The position numbers and the translations under genes were made by a program. This document shows positions 21,361 to 32,600 of a stretch of 64,000 nucleotides of DNA, one piece after another; positions within the stretch are counted from its first letter, which is position 1, and every line of letters starts with the position of its first letter. Source of the DNA: Iphione sp. A-MEVVRFRX5 (lineage: Eukaryota); the NCBI GenBank assembly GCA_976226885.1, contig OZ320314.1, positions 97,030,001 through 97,094,000 on the forward strand, in the 5' to 3' direction. The notes under the pieces are model-generated. The model ran no database searches and was not told the origin of the DNA. It worked only from the letters and a program-made list of their open reading frames with translations.

Positions 21361-22030
21361 GATATGTCTCTACTATTGTTTCTCAGTCTACCGTCTTGTT
21401 GTTTCTGCCTCTTTTTTGGCCCGCCTGGTATAATTGTCTTATATACAGTTCATGTAAAGAATGGTCATATTGTTCATGGTACTGGCATTCTCAATCCGAT
21501 GACCAGATAAACACATGATAAAACGCAAGTAATCATTGATACGACCAGTTGCAACAATGTCCTGCCTTATTTCAATTCGTCATATAAATACAAATCGATA
21601 CTGATTCGATTCAATTTTTATCTTGTGTGCGATTAAATAAGGGTTGTCAACCTATGTGAAGGGCTATCATCATCATCATCGATCGTCTGACCGCATCCAT
21701 CTTTCTCGGGGCAAATCTCAATAGAAGCGAGACACAGGTCCCGGAGTTACCGACCAATTAAAAAAAAATTATTCTTTAAATAAATAACATTCCTTGTTGG
21801 AAACACAATTATTAACCGATAATTATTTTGGCTGGGGATGCATTTTTTTAAAAGCGCACCTGCAAGGTCTACATTGAATTTTAGTTGACCCAATTGGTGT
21901 AATTGCAACCTATTTCTTCTGGTCATTTCGCGCCATCGCCATCTTGGATCGCAACCATTACCCGTGGGGTGGACTTGAGACACATACCGTAAGAAGAAAA
22001 ACGATTTAATAGAGAAAGACAACCTGCATT

Positions 22031-23993
22031 ATGCTTTTGTTTATGCTCATTTTGAGCATAATCGTCACGCCGTCTGTAGGTGGTCTCTTATGTGCCAGAT
22101 GCACATGTTTGGATGAGGAGGTGTACTGTTCGTTTATTCCCGGGACATTTCTATTCTCAGTGCACGACCGCCATTACTCAGTGAAAAGACTTATTCTTCA
22201 CCGGGTAATCCTGGAAGATCACCTTGTGGATCTGGCCGCACATCTTCGTGAGATATTCCCTTCGCTTGAAAGCATCAGAGGAGATAATGTCCAACGCATA
22301 AGTGATATTTTCTTTGCTTCACCTGACACTTCAACTTGTCCGACCACCGAGAACGCATCTTCGTCCTCAAGCGACGCCACTACCATCGCACCGGCGGGTG
22401 CATCAGCACCCACCTCAGAGGCGAGGAGAGCTGCCGAGACAAGTGAAGCAACAGACATCGATGAAAATCAATCATCTCTCACTCGCTCGATCGGAAGAGT
22501 CGTCACTGACTTAATGATTACTTTGGGTCTACGTAACAAGAACCAGGACAATATCAAGGATCATTTTTCACCGGTTACAGAGTCGGATGAAAACGAGGCC
22601 AGTACCGTCGGCATGCAGCCATCTTCTGTGTCGTCCGTAGAATATATCGCTTCGCTGAATAGAGAAGAGTTGACCCGTGTTCCCATACCTGTTGAAACCC
22701 AAACTAACGGTGGTACAAGGGCGACAGAGACAGTGCATCTTCCGATTTCATCGCTTGAACCGAGTGAAGTAACTGCAGCTGAAAGGATGGCGAGTACCAA
22801 GGGAGCGGAGATGCCGAAAAACATGTACTGGGCTACATTCTCTTACCAGTCCGAAGGGTCGACGAGAACAAGGAGTGCTGACGACAGTGAGGATGGTATA
22901 GGGTATGTGTCTCTTAATTTACGCCACCCCACGGTGATGGTTCCGATCCATGGAATGGCTCCATCGACAGAGGCATCATATACTACTATTATTTCTGTCG
23001 GCGTGCTCACAGCTGGAGTATTTCTCACCATTGGAGCTTTGTGTGTCATGTGCTTCATGCGCAACTCGAAGAAAGTTCCCAGCTGTAGAGAAGTCTGCCA
23101 TGACTCTGGGCGCCGTCAGACGATGCAGAATGTTGTGGAGCTCATGGAACTTATGAATCGTCATTATGAACGCAGACGAAGGTATGTTTTCCATTACTTT
23201 TAATTTTCATATATTTTTTTTTCACGATTGATACTGAGCAATTACACATGTCAAACAATAGCACAGTGGTAACCCACACCCCCCTTTAATGGGTAGCATT
23301 TTCAATAATAGTATATTTAATTAAAAAACAAAAATTGATGGAGAGCATGATCTTAAATAGTCAGAACCATCAAGAAACATTGCTTTTTTAATTCTGTTTT
23401 TTTTTTGTTTTTTTAATTTAAATTAAATATAATTGCTACTTGCTGTTATTTTGGTCTAAAGAGATGAATTAATCCGTCGAGTGAGAGAGGTCAACACAGA
23501 GCTCAACGATGTTGTGGACAATCAAGAGGGTCTGATGCCACTGCGACGCGTTCAATTACGTCAAGTGGGTGCTCGTCGTTCAGAGCCACGTCTCAGACCA
23601 GTCCCAGACGAACCTCAACCTGGACCAGCACCCAGGGATGCCGTGCCACCTCCAGTGAGAAAGGCGAGACCCGGACAACAAACTAAGGGTAAACGGCCAG
23701 GACCTGCCCCCAAGAATCTCCCTCAGCCTGAACCAGTGGTGGAACCAGCTAATGATGTCAATCCAGCAGCGATGAACGATCAACAGCCCCAACGTGAAGC
23801 GAGAGAGTACGATGACCAACCTCTCCATGCCGTAAACAACGACGACGACATCAACGGTGCTGAGCTTCCCCAGTATGACGGACTAAGTCATGATGGAGAC
23901 CAAATGCAGGAGATTCCGCTGGATGACGAACATGTCGCGATCAGACGCACTGACAGACAGCGCCGCAAACCAGACAGGCTCAAGGTGAGATAA
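22031..23993 (+). CDS. Type-I membrane glycoprotein 2, spliced (22031-23181 + 23462-23993), 560 aa
   Basis: Signal peptide, LLCARCTC...C head, FPSLESI, S/T/E stalk, TM IIISVGVLTAGVFLTIGALCVMCF. The phase-2 donor AG|GTATGT matches the acceptor ...CTAAAG|A and joins in frame to the ATG-less ORF at 23481. Confidence 0.82.
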
Positions 23994-24984
23994 TGGGTTT
24001 CTAACTATATATATAAAATTATATATATTATTTAAATGAATATATTACTACCGAGACTTAGCCTATTTAGCCTAACACAAACAATTTACCATATATATAT
24101 ATTTATTATCCATGTGTTTGATTGTGACATAACTGAATAATAAGTCTTTAGTCAGTATATGGAGAGAAATTATCCTAAGGTGTTAAAAAATATTTTTTTC
24201 TGATAAGATATGTAGAAAAAAAAATGAATTACAATTGCATTCATTAATTGCATGGACATTTTCATTTAATTCTATCTTTATCTTTCCTTTTTTTTTTCTC
24301 ATCAGTACTAGCTCGGTAACGTGGCATTGACGATGGTTGCAGTGGAATATGAAGGCTCCTCCATTGTGAACCAAGAACAACAGGATGTGAATGAAGATCT
24401 ATCACTTGGCGTGAGACAATACTTTCTATAAAACATTTTTTTTTAAATGTCGTCTATCATTCAAGAACATGTACAGCTTGGACTGAGAAACACATTTTCA
24501 AATACTGCCCAGTATCGATGTTAATATGCATATTCCAGAAGAAGTAGGCCTTGGTGTGAGAAACACGTTTTTTTTTTAAAATGCTGCCGACTATCAGAGC
24601 TGAGCTGCTTTAGAAAAAAAATAGAAAAAGTTGGAGGCTCTCATCATGTATATTTACTCGGAGGAAGTTATACATTTGTTACTTGACAGAAAGTAATTGT
24701 GTTTTTTTTTTTATATTATTTTTTATGATTGTACACTAGTACTGTGTGATACGAACGACCTCAAAAAAAAAAGATCTGAACACTATTTTATGACCAAGTT
24801 TGGTACGTCATTTTAGGACGTGAGATAAATAGAGGGAACAGATCATTTTATTATAGAAAAAAGAAAGATATATGAAAGCAAAAATTTTTCTAGTCTAGCA
24901 TTGTATCCCGATATATGAAACAAAGTGAGATAAGTTTACTTATATACATGCATATATAATAGTATGGTATGATGAAGAAATATT

Positions 24985-25445
24985 TACAAACCACAGGTGC
25001 TGATTAGTAACTCGTTCTTAATGCATGCTTATATCTTATATTCCGGTTGAACCGTTCGCTTTTATTGAAAGATACATACATATATATATATCAAAACACA
25101 GAAAGAAAACTACATCCAGGTGATGGTTTGGTATATTATATATTAGATAACATCATATTTTGTACTTTGTTGGATATGATGATCTATTTAAGGATGTTAT
25201 AGCGGCAAAGATTTTACTACACAGGCAGGTGCTGATTATATGTCGTCTATGTTCTCTCTCTCTATATATATATAACCAAATACAAGAAACTACATCCAGG
25301 TGATGATTTTTTTTTTGTATAGTATGTAATAGATCATTTCATTTTGTATACGTTTTTTGGAGAATATGATCTATTTAAAGATGTTATAGCGACACGTATT
25401 ATACTACACAGGAAGGAGATGATTAAGTGTCGGCTATGTTTTTTT
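24985..25445. repeat. Degenerate tandem repeat (about 180-bp period) with CAGGTG motifs in the AT-rich non-coding part of the element
   Basis: AAACTACATCCAGGTGATG at 25107 and 25287. GATCTATTTAA.GATGTTATAGCG and TACTACACAGG each occur twice. CAGGTGCTGATTA near 24996 and 25226. Confidence 0.8.
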
Positions 25446-25922
25446 TTCTTTTCGGTGACACTTTGACTGTAGTAACAGTATTCATGTTTGCTATCATGTA
25501 ATTATACTATACCAAACGGGTGATGATTACTTCATATTTCCATCTGTATTCTAGAAGTGAATGTGATGGACACTGTAGTCGTGATTGAGTTGGTGTTTTT
25601 TTTAAGTAAAAAAGAAAAAGGTGACCAGTTCGGTTTTAATAAAAAAGATTTTTTTTATTACCATATCCTATTGTTACATGATGTGATTTCCCTTTATTAT
25701 ATACCAAAGTCTTAGTACTCTATTATACGAGATGGACAAATCTCAATGTAATCAATAGATTTACATATGTCAACTAGAACATATTGCTATTACTTCTACT
25801 TCTAATAATAATACATACTTCTCATAGCAAAACATCTAGTCGTATAAAAGAAATTTCCATCTGAAATTTAAGTATTACTAAGATTTTCTTTAACGGGCTG
25901 CATCAAACAAAAAAAAAGGTTA

Positions 25923-27093
25923 TCATATCTGAGCCAACAAGCAAAACTCGTACTCGAAATGATACATGTGGTAGTGCTCTGTGTCAAGCTCCCCATTCTT
26001 AATGACACGTCCACAGAGAATGCGATCGACTTTACTAGCATGGTCTTTCTCATTGAAGTCTCTCAAGCATTCAATCGTAGGAGGTGAATGGTTCACCTCG
26101 TTACTCAACTCCAGAAGATTGATCATCATCTGGCTGGTCTCCACTAGTCGTTGGAAGCTGATGCGGATGTGGGCGGCATGCATCACATCAGAACGGGCAT
26201 GCTCAGGGATACGACAGGGCGAGCCTCCATCATCAGTCTCCAGGTCGGCAAGTCCTCTTGCTTTCAACAAGTTGTGATATTCGGTGGCAAGAAGAAACAC
26301 ATACGTCTTCTGGATGACTTCATGCATTGAAATGGTATTGGCAGGAAAGGGAACGTACTCGATATTCTCCCCGTCGACGAGTTCTTTTTGGGCGGTGTCT
26401 TCACAGATCAGCTGATTGATGAAGATGTTCTCGGCCCGACGGGTGAATTGGCTGCCATCTGCTTTCGGTCTCACCATATTGTATGTTCTCCTTAGCAAAG
26501 GAAAACCAACATCCTTCTTGGTCCGCTCACGCTCTCGTTCGGCCAGAGCAAGGAATGAATTGCTCGAGTCTATTGGATTCCTCTTCATATAATCCAATAT
26601 TCCTTCGACTTCGTGGATCAGGAGATTGAAGCAGTCGTAGCTGGGGGAAAAAGAGACAATACACATGGATATAATATTCGATTTTTTTTTTATTACATGG
26701 AAACATTCAATTACAAAATCGGAATGGATTGAATGACAGACATTTATATATAAAAATTGTTAAGCAGGGAGTTCACAAACCAACTTTATGGTTAAAGAGT
26801 TAATATATTTGAGGAAAAGAGACTTACTTTATTCTTTGTGCTGCTTCGTCGATCCGTTCAAAGCACACATATGTCCTGCTGGCAAAGTCAGCAAGCTCAA
26901 TGTGGTAGGTCTTTTCTTCAGGTTGAACAGTGAGAACGTGACCACAAAGAAGAGTCTCCCATCCATTGCCGGCAGTGTCAAAGACCTCGCGTCGGACTGA
27001 TAGATGACGAGTCGCTTTCCCTATTCTACGAATTTCCAGATGGAGATGCACTCCTCCATCGCATACACGAACTCGCTCGGATATGGTCTCCAT
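25923..27093 (-). CDS. Orphan accessory protein, spliced (27093-26828 + 26640-25923), 327 aa
   Basis: TATA GTATATAAG at 27147-27139; ATG 27093. The phase-2 donor AA|GTAAGT matches the acceptor TCTCTTTTTCCCCCAG|C, fusing two track ORFs in frame. Confidence 0.75.
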
Positions 27094-27344
27094 GTCTGCA
27101 GAGCTGCCGAATGAACCCACGACGTCTCTGTAAGGTATCTTATATACACTGTGCTATGACGTAAGCACTCATCCCACCTAATCTGAAACAAACCCAAAAT
27201 AAAACTTTGTTTCAGGGTATCTTATTTCAGCTGATAAACTTAACAAGTCTGAACACGTCTATTTCGTTATCATCTACTTGTATACACGCACACAATTGTT
27301 ATCTTATCTAATGAACCCTTGATAACTATCTGACGTCAGCTTTA

Positions 27345-28091
27345 TCATATCTGAAGACGAACCGTTTTATCTATCGAACAAGTTACAACTTGTTTGAACA
27401 CATAACACTGCAAGCAAACAGGTCGGAACACGCACTTACACGAAATGAATAACCTGCATATTGCAAATGCTACCATACCTGATTTCAATTTTTCATTAAT
27501 TTCTTCCTCGTATTTCACATTCCATGTCATCCTGAATGCAACGTCTATGAAGCAATACTTAAAGTGGTTCAGTCGTTTCCTGCAAATATTCTCTTTTATC
27601 ACTGCTTTCAATTCTGTAGGGATGTTCAGGGATTCGATATTCTTTTCCACTATATCCATAACACTCAGACCTCTTTCTAATCCGGAATGGGTTGACCGAG
27701 ACTTTTCAACCGTGTCATTCCACATGTCCTCCACGAGACGTAAGGCTGAGATATTCAGGAGGGAAAGTTCATTTTTAAATAGTGATTCCCGGACTAATCG
27801 GATACTATATGAAAACAGACGACAAATGTCCATCAATCTATGGGATAGTGCTTCGAACTGAGCCGACATGTCATCACCTTGGGGAGCAACGAGGGGGTTG
27901 ATGTTGACAGACGAGCAGTCTTCATCAAAAACATCTTCCAATCTCATCGGAATATCTGGAATAAGCTCTTCTTTGTGACGGAGATAGATAAACGGTCTAT
28001 TCTTAATCCCATGTCTTTTGGTATCGAGGGCGGATACAAAATAATGGTCATCTAAATCAAACGAGGGGGTAGTTGATTCTTCTTCAAGCAT
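27345..28091 (-). CDS. Orphan accessory protein (248 aa from ATG 28091) with cullin-box-like LNIPTELKAVI and C-terminal Cys cluster
   Basis: Long ORF in AT-rich DNA; IESLNIPTELKAVIKE; C..SCKC...VCLQC...TC. Confidence 0.65.
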   Translation of the reverse strand: MLEEESTTPSFDLDDHYFVSALDTKRHGIKNRPFIYLRHKEELIPDIPMRLEDVFDEDCSSVNINPLVAPQGDDMSAQFEALSHRLMDICRLFSYSIRLVRESLFKNELSLLNISALRLVEDMWNDTVEKSRSTHSGLERGLSVMDIVEKNIESLNIPTELKAVIKENICRKRLNHFKYCFIDVAFRMTWNVKYEEEINEKLKSGMVAFAICRLFISCKCVFRPVCLQCYVFKQVVTCSIDKTVRLQI

Positions 28092-29265
28092 TCTCAGTGG
28101 TTTTTTGGTTAATGTGAACAAGTAATGTACCGTGTATAGCAATCAAAGACGCAATATGGGACCGAATGGATTGCATTCTGGGAGACTAATAATTCTTCCG
28201 CTCAACATTTATTCGAAGAGCAACTTCTTTTATTTTTTTCATTATCATCAACATGATCAGTGATACAGTATTACACAGAAGAGTACATTTCAATTTAGAC
28301 ATACATATAAAAGAAACAAAAGTCCAAGCCACGAGAACTATCTCATTCTCACCAGAGGGCATCTGCATTGTTTTTCTTTCACAAAAGATGGCGTCTGATG
28401 TTCTATTTACGTCGGACGAGATTCTTCATGTATCTACTCGAAACATAGCTTTAAGTCATCTTTATTACACACATCCTGAGATTACAATGGATCATTTCAC
28501 TCGACTGTAAGAACAGCGGATAGTTTTCATGGAGCAAAGTCCTAAGTTTTATCATTAGAGTCAACATGTCAACAAACACCCGAAGGAAACACCATTTACG
28601 CATCATTAGTTTCAATATCAAGCTCGCTTAAGTGGATGAGTACCGTTTTAATAAATGGTGACATCTCGACGAGAGCTGCTGCCAACTCAGGAATAATAAT
28701 TTTTGGCTGGATCCCTTTTAGGGATCCAACAATCAAACAAATAAAATATAGTTACATAAAACAGGATGTTGATAAATGCAAAGACCTTCGCATGTGTTAA
28801 GATCAATTTCTTCTACCAATTATTTCTCGGGTTAGTTCCTCTGCATCCCGCATTACGCCTTGACAGCGCTCCATCCTCATAAGTCAAGAAAAATCAGACT
28901 TGTAATTACTATACGCGTAACATCATCCATCTAAAAGCTTTGACCCTATGATAAGCAGGATGAAATTAGCCTATTATCTTCATTAACCAAGCCGCTGTAC
29001 TATCTGAAATCAATTCCATTCAACTTCAATCATATAATCTATCATTTGTACTTGCTCCATCATAAAGACACCCACTGATGTCAACTAATTTCTACACATA
29101 AGTGTCAATCTTCGCAAGCTACGAGTCGTATCGCAAGATATCCTCGATGAAAGTTATGGATTTCCTTACCAAGGTAAGTCCTTTCTTTCTTAGCCATTCA
29201 TTTCCGGATTCAGGAATTTTTGGAGAGCTCTGCAAAAGGGCTCGAAAATTAAACAAAGAATAAGG

Positions 29266-29413
29266 NNNNNNNNNNNNNNNNNNNNNNNNNNNNNNNNNNN
29301 NNNNNNNNNNNNNNNNNNNNNNNNNNNNNNNNNNNNNNNNNNNNNNNNNNNNNNNNNNNNNNNNNNNNNNNNNNNNNNNNNNNNNNNNNNNNNNNNNNNN
29401 NNNNNNNNNNNNN
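29266..29413. other. Assembly gap (148 N) in the right subterminal region
   Basis: Run of N seen directly. The true length is unknown. Confidence 0.99.
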
Positions 29414-29597
29414 CGCTCTTATCTCTTATCATTTGAAAAGTCAAGTAGCACACTGTTCTTATCATGACGTGATCTCTCTTATCTATAAGTAGGGACAACC
29501 CTTATCATGACGTGATCTATCTCCTTATCTATGTAGGTCAAGTTGAAAATGGAAACTCAAGTGGTTCAGGGAAACTCAAGTGGTTTGCACCCAAATA
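29414..29597. repeat. Right subterminal short direct repeats
   Basis: CTTATCATGACGTGATCT at 29458 and 29501, GAAACTCAAGTGGTT at 29552 and 29571, and many CTTATC. Confidence 0.85.
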
Positions 29598-29646
29598 ACC
29601 TTTTTGCACTAAAGGGGGTCTAGGGCAGTTACCTTCATACACTACT
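29598..29646 (-). repeat. Right terminal inverted repeat (49 bp perfect)
   Basis: Exact reverse complement of 5794-5842. A further 31-bp block at 29556-29586 matches 5917-5947 with one mismatch. Confidence 0.96.
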
Positions 29647-29652
29647 ATTAGC
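29647..29652. repeat. Right 6-bp target-site duplication ATTAGC
   Basis: Directly follows the terminal ACTACT and is identical to 5788-5793. Confidence 0.95.
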
Positions 29653-32600
29653 ATTGCAGTCTGGTCCGTACAGAGCAGACATGCCATTAAATTGTATAAT
29701 ATAGCAAAATGTGCTGCTGGAGGTAACAACGTATACATATTATTCCTCTCGGCGATTTTTGATATCAGATCAGCTGATGATGGAAATTGTGTTTTAGATC
29801 ACAGTTTTCAAGAAACTAAGAACACGAGAATGATGTAACGAGAAAAAACGGGCAATGTTTTGCTGAGTGGAGATCGACTTCAGACAGACTGGGTGTTGTT
29901 GTAAGAAACTTAAAGGACATCTTTCTGTCTTCGGCAGCCATCTTGTCTGGGCATCCACTTGTCTGCAGACACTGGGGGCCTATCAAAACAGCCCTGCCAT
30001 CTTCGACCTTATTCAAATATGAACGTTGTTTATCAGCAGTGCTGATGAAAGTGGACGGGAGGGCTGCATGCAAGACCAGTCTTCAAACGGCATGCCAGCC
30101 TTTAGTATGGCAAATGCATCGAGCTTTTCCCTTCAAAGACTGCCAGAGAGACATCTGTCTGCCATAGGATGAGAGATATGAGTACGGGTCCCATTATTAT
30201 CCCCTGATTATTTCGTCGATGGTAATTAAATGGGTCCTCGCCCACTTTTTTTCGCTCGGTGCCGAAGGCCCGGGCGATGGGATGGGCTCCTGGCCGATTA
30301 GAATTACCTGGGACCCCTGGTCTATCTGAGCCATTATTTCCCTCGAGCAACTATGGTCGCTTCGCCTGGGCATCAAATATACATCGGTTGCTTCAGGCTT
30401 GGGGGATTGCTGCTGGGGCTGGCTGATAGGGACTGCCAGTCAACGTTTGATAACCTTAGCCCAAGCATCAACCCCATACAACTCCCACACAACTATACTG
30501 GATCCCACCCGAACGTGTATCTATCCGTCACTTTAATAGCTTCAACTGAATTGGCTCAGTTCGTAGTTTGTTTATTATTGCGAGCTGGACAATTTTTCTT
30601 GTCATCAATGTGGACTGTTAAAGACTTTCTGTCTTTGCGCAATAAATACAAAGTTACAGTTTAAAGAGACTAAATATCCCACGTTACGTACATTTGTCCA
30701 AAGACAATACAGTAGATATGAGGCCAGCGAAAACTAACAGAATGGTATGAATGCACGTACATGTACTTCAAACAAAACCTCATACAAAGGGGTACTGATG
30801 GTAAACCGATAACGTTGAACAGGTCCCTCGGAAAAGGGTGTAGGCTTCGTATGTACGCACCATTGAACTGAATAAATCTATTCTATCAAATGACTCGAGT
30901 ACATGTGCAGTGTAGAAGGAAGCTCTGAAGACAATGGAAGAAGGGACGTCCACTGACGGTAACTATATGGCAGTGGTGCCATGGTTAATGTCAATGAAGG
31001 CACAGCATGTGTTAGCTAAGGCCAAAAAAATGGTGTGTTTCTAGTCACAACCAGCCACAAACCTAGGTAAGGAGGGGGGTATCTTTTCAAAAATTTTTTC
31101 CCACTTTCTTCCTCTGGTTTTCAATAATAAAGACAATATGTGGAATTTTGACTGATTTGCATTTTTTTGGCTGAATTTCCATGGACTTTTTGGTTTTTCG
31201 AATGAATTTACCAAAACATGTGTTGTGAAAACATGTATCGAAGGACATTCAGCCTTGGAAACTTTTTTGGGTGAAAACATTTTTAGGTAGGGTGAGGTTT
31301 TACTAGGTAGGGGTGGGTTACCAGTAACACACCTATTTATTGTTCTGGCTGAAAGGGATAGAGGCACAGATGGTTCCTGAAATATATTGTCCCAGACTTA
31401 TTAACAATGCCCAGTGCTCTACCGACGCTAATATATGTAGGGGGCAATAGGCGTATGCGAGTATGTGTGTTCCTGGGAACATGCAAGTGATAGGGTCGCC
31501 GGTGAGGTGTGTATTTCATCAAAATCCAAAATCAAACAGTTCAACAAGAGTTGGATGGAATAACAGATCTGATTCACTCATTGTATTGGAGATGAGATAT
31601 CTATCTGCATTTGCAGAAAGGGAGTATAATCTTTTGTACATGTCAGTGTCGAGGGATCAATTAGTCCTCTGCCTGCCTGAGCAGGAAGGGAGATCCCCTC
31701 CCATCAGGCAAGGGCTAAATTCTCCCTCCTCTCCTAAACCCTATCCTACCTCCTCTAAACTACACGGAAATACACACGGAATCGAAATGTAGTAGCTATA
31801 CATCCTACAAACTATGAGATGGGTTCAAACTTGATTAAAACACAATAAATATAATGTGGAATTTATAATACATGTACATTTGTCTAATGTGACACTTTAA
31901 CATAGATCTGATACATCAAAACGCATTTGAAAATTATATATGCTTTGGTGGTGATACATGTATGTCAAGCACTGAGGACCAGTTGTGCACACATGTACAC
32001 TAGGCCTAATAAAAAAAGTTCTGTATTTCTGATAACCCGACCGACCCTCCTTACAAGCAATTGTAACTTTTTGTTCTTTTATTCTTTTATGAATATCTCT
32101 AGTATGCACAATGATAGAGACATGTACCACGCATTAGGTTGTTGCTTATGTTATAAGGTCATTTGATATATATTTCATTAAAATCGAAGCAGTAGTACCT
32201 AGCTTACCTTGTACAATTATTACTTTGGGTAGTGAATGACACTGCAAATTAAAGAAAAATAAAAAAATTGTCAGGTACAGACTGACTTATTTTTAGTATG
32301 TTACCAGAAACACAGAGCTTTTTTTTATGCCTTATCAGTTAGAGAAACGTCTATGTACATATTTGTGTGGTATGGTGGGCACGGCGAGTTTCTAAAAAAT
32401 TCTTAACCTCCTAAAGTTTATCAACGCAGGCCAATTGTTAACAGACTTCTATGGTGCCTCTGTACGATCGATGTCATCTACTGAAAGGGATATTTCCCTT
32501 CTTTATGCATTACCTCAAGCCTTAGTTGTGGCGCTGGCCTGATCGTGTAGACATCGGCGCCTTTGTTTTTTCGCTCATGATGTTGTTATCAACTTTTTTC

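Larger units (their letters stand above)
5794..29646 (+). mobile_element. Complete endogenous Maverick/Polinton (adintovirus-like virus), about 23.9 kb
   Basis: Termini are AGTAGTGTATGAAGG... and ...CCTTCATACACTACT, inverted with a 49-bp perfect match. ATTAGC flanks both sides. The internal gene set is pPolB, ATPase, integrase, minor and major capsid, and protease, the defining Polinton set. Confidence 0.97.
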
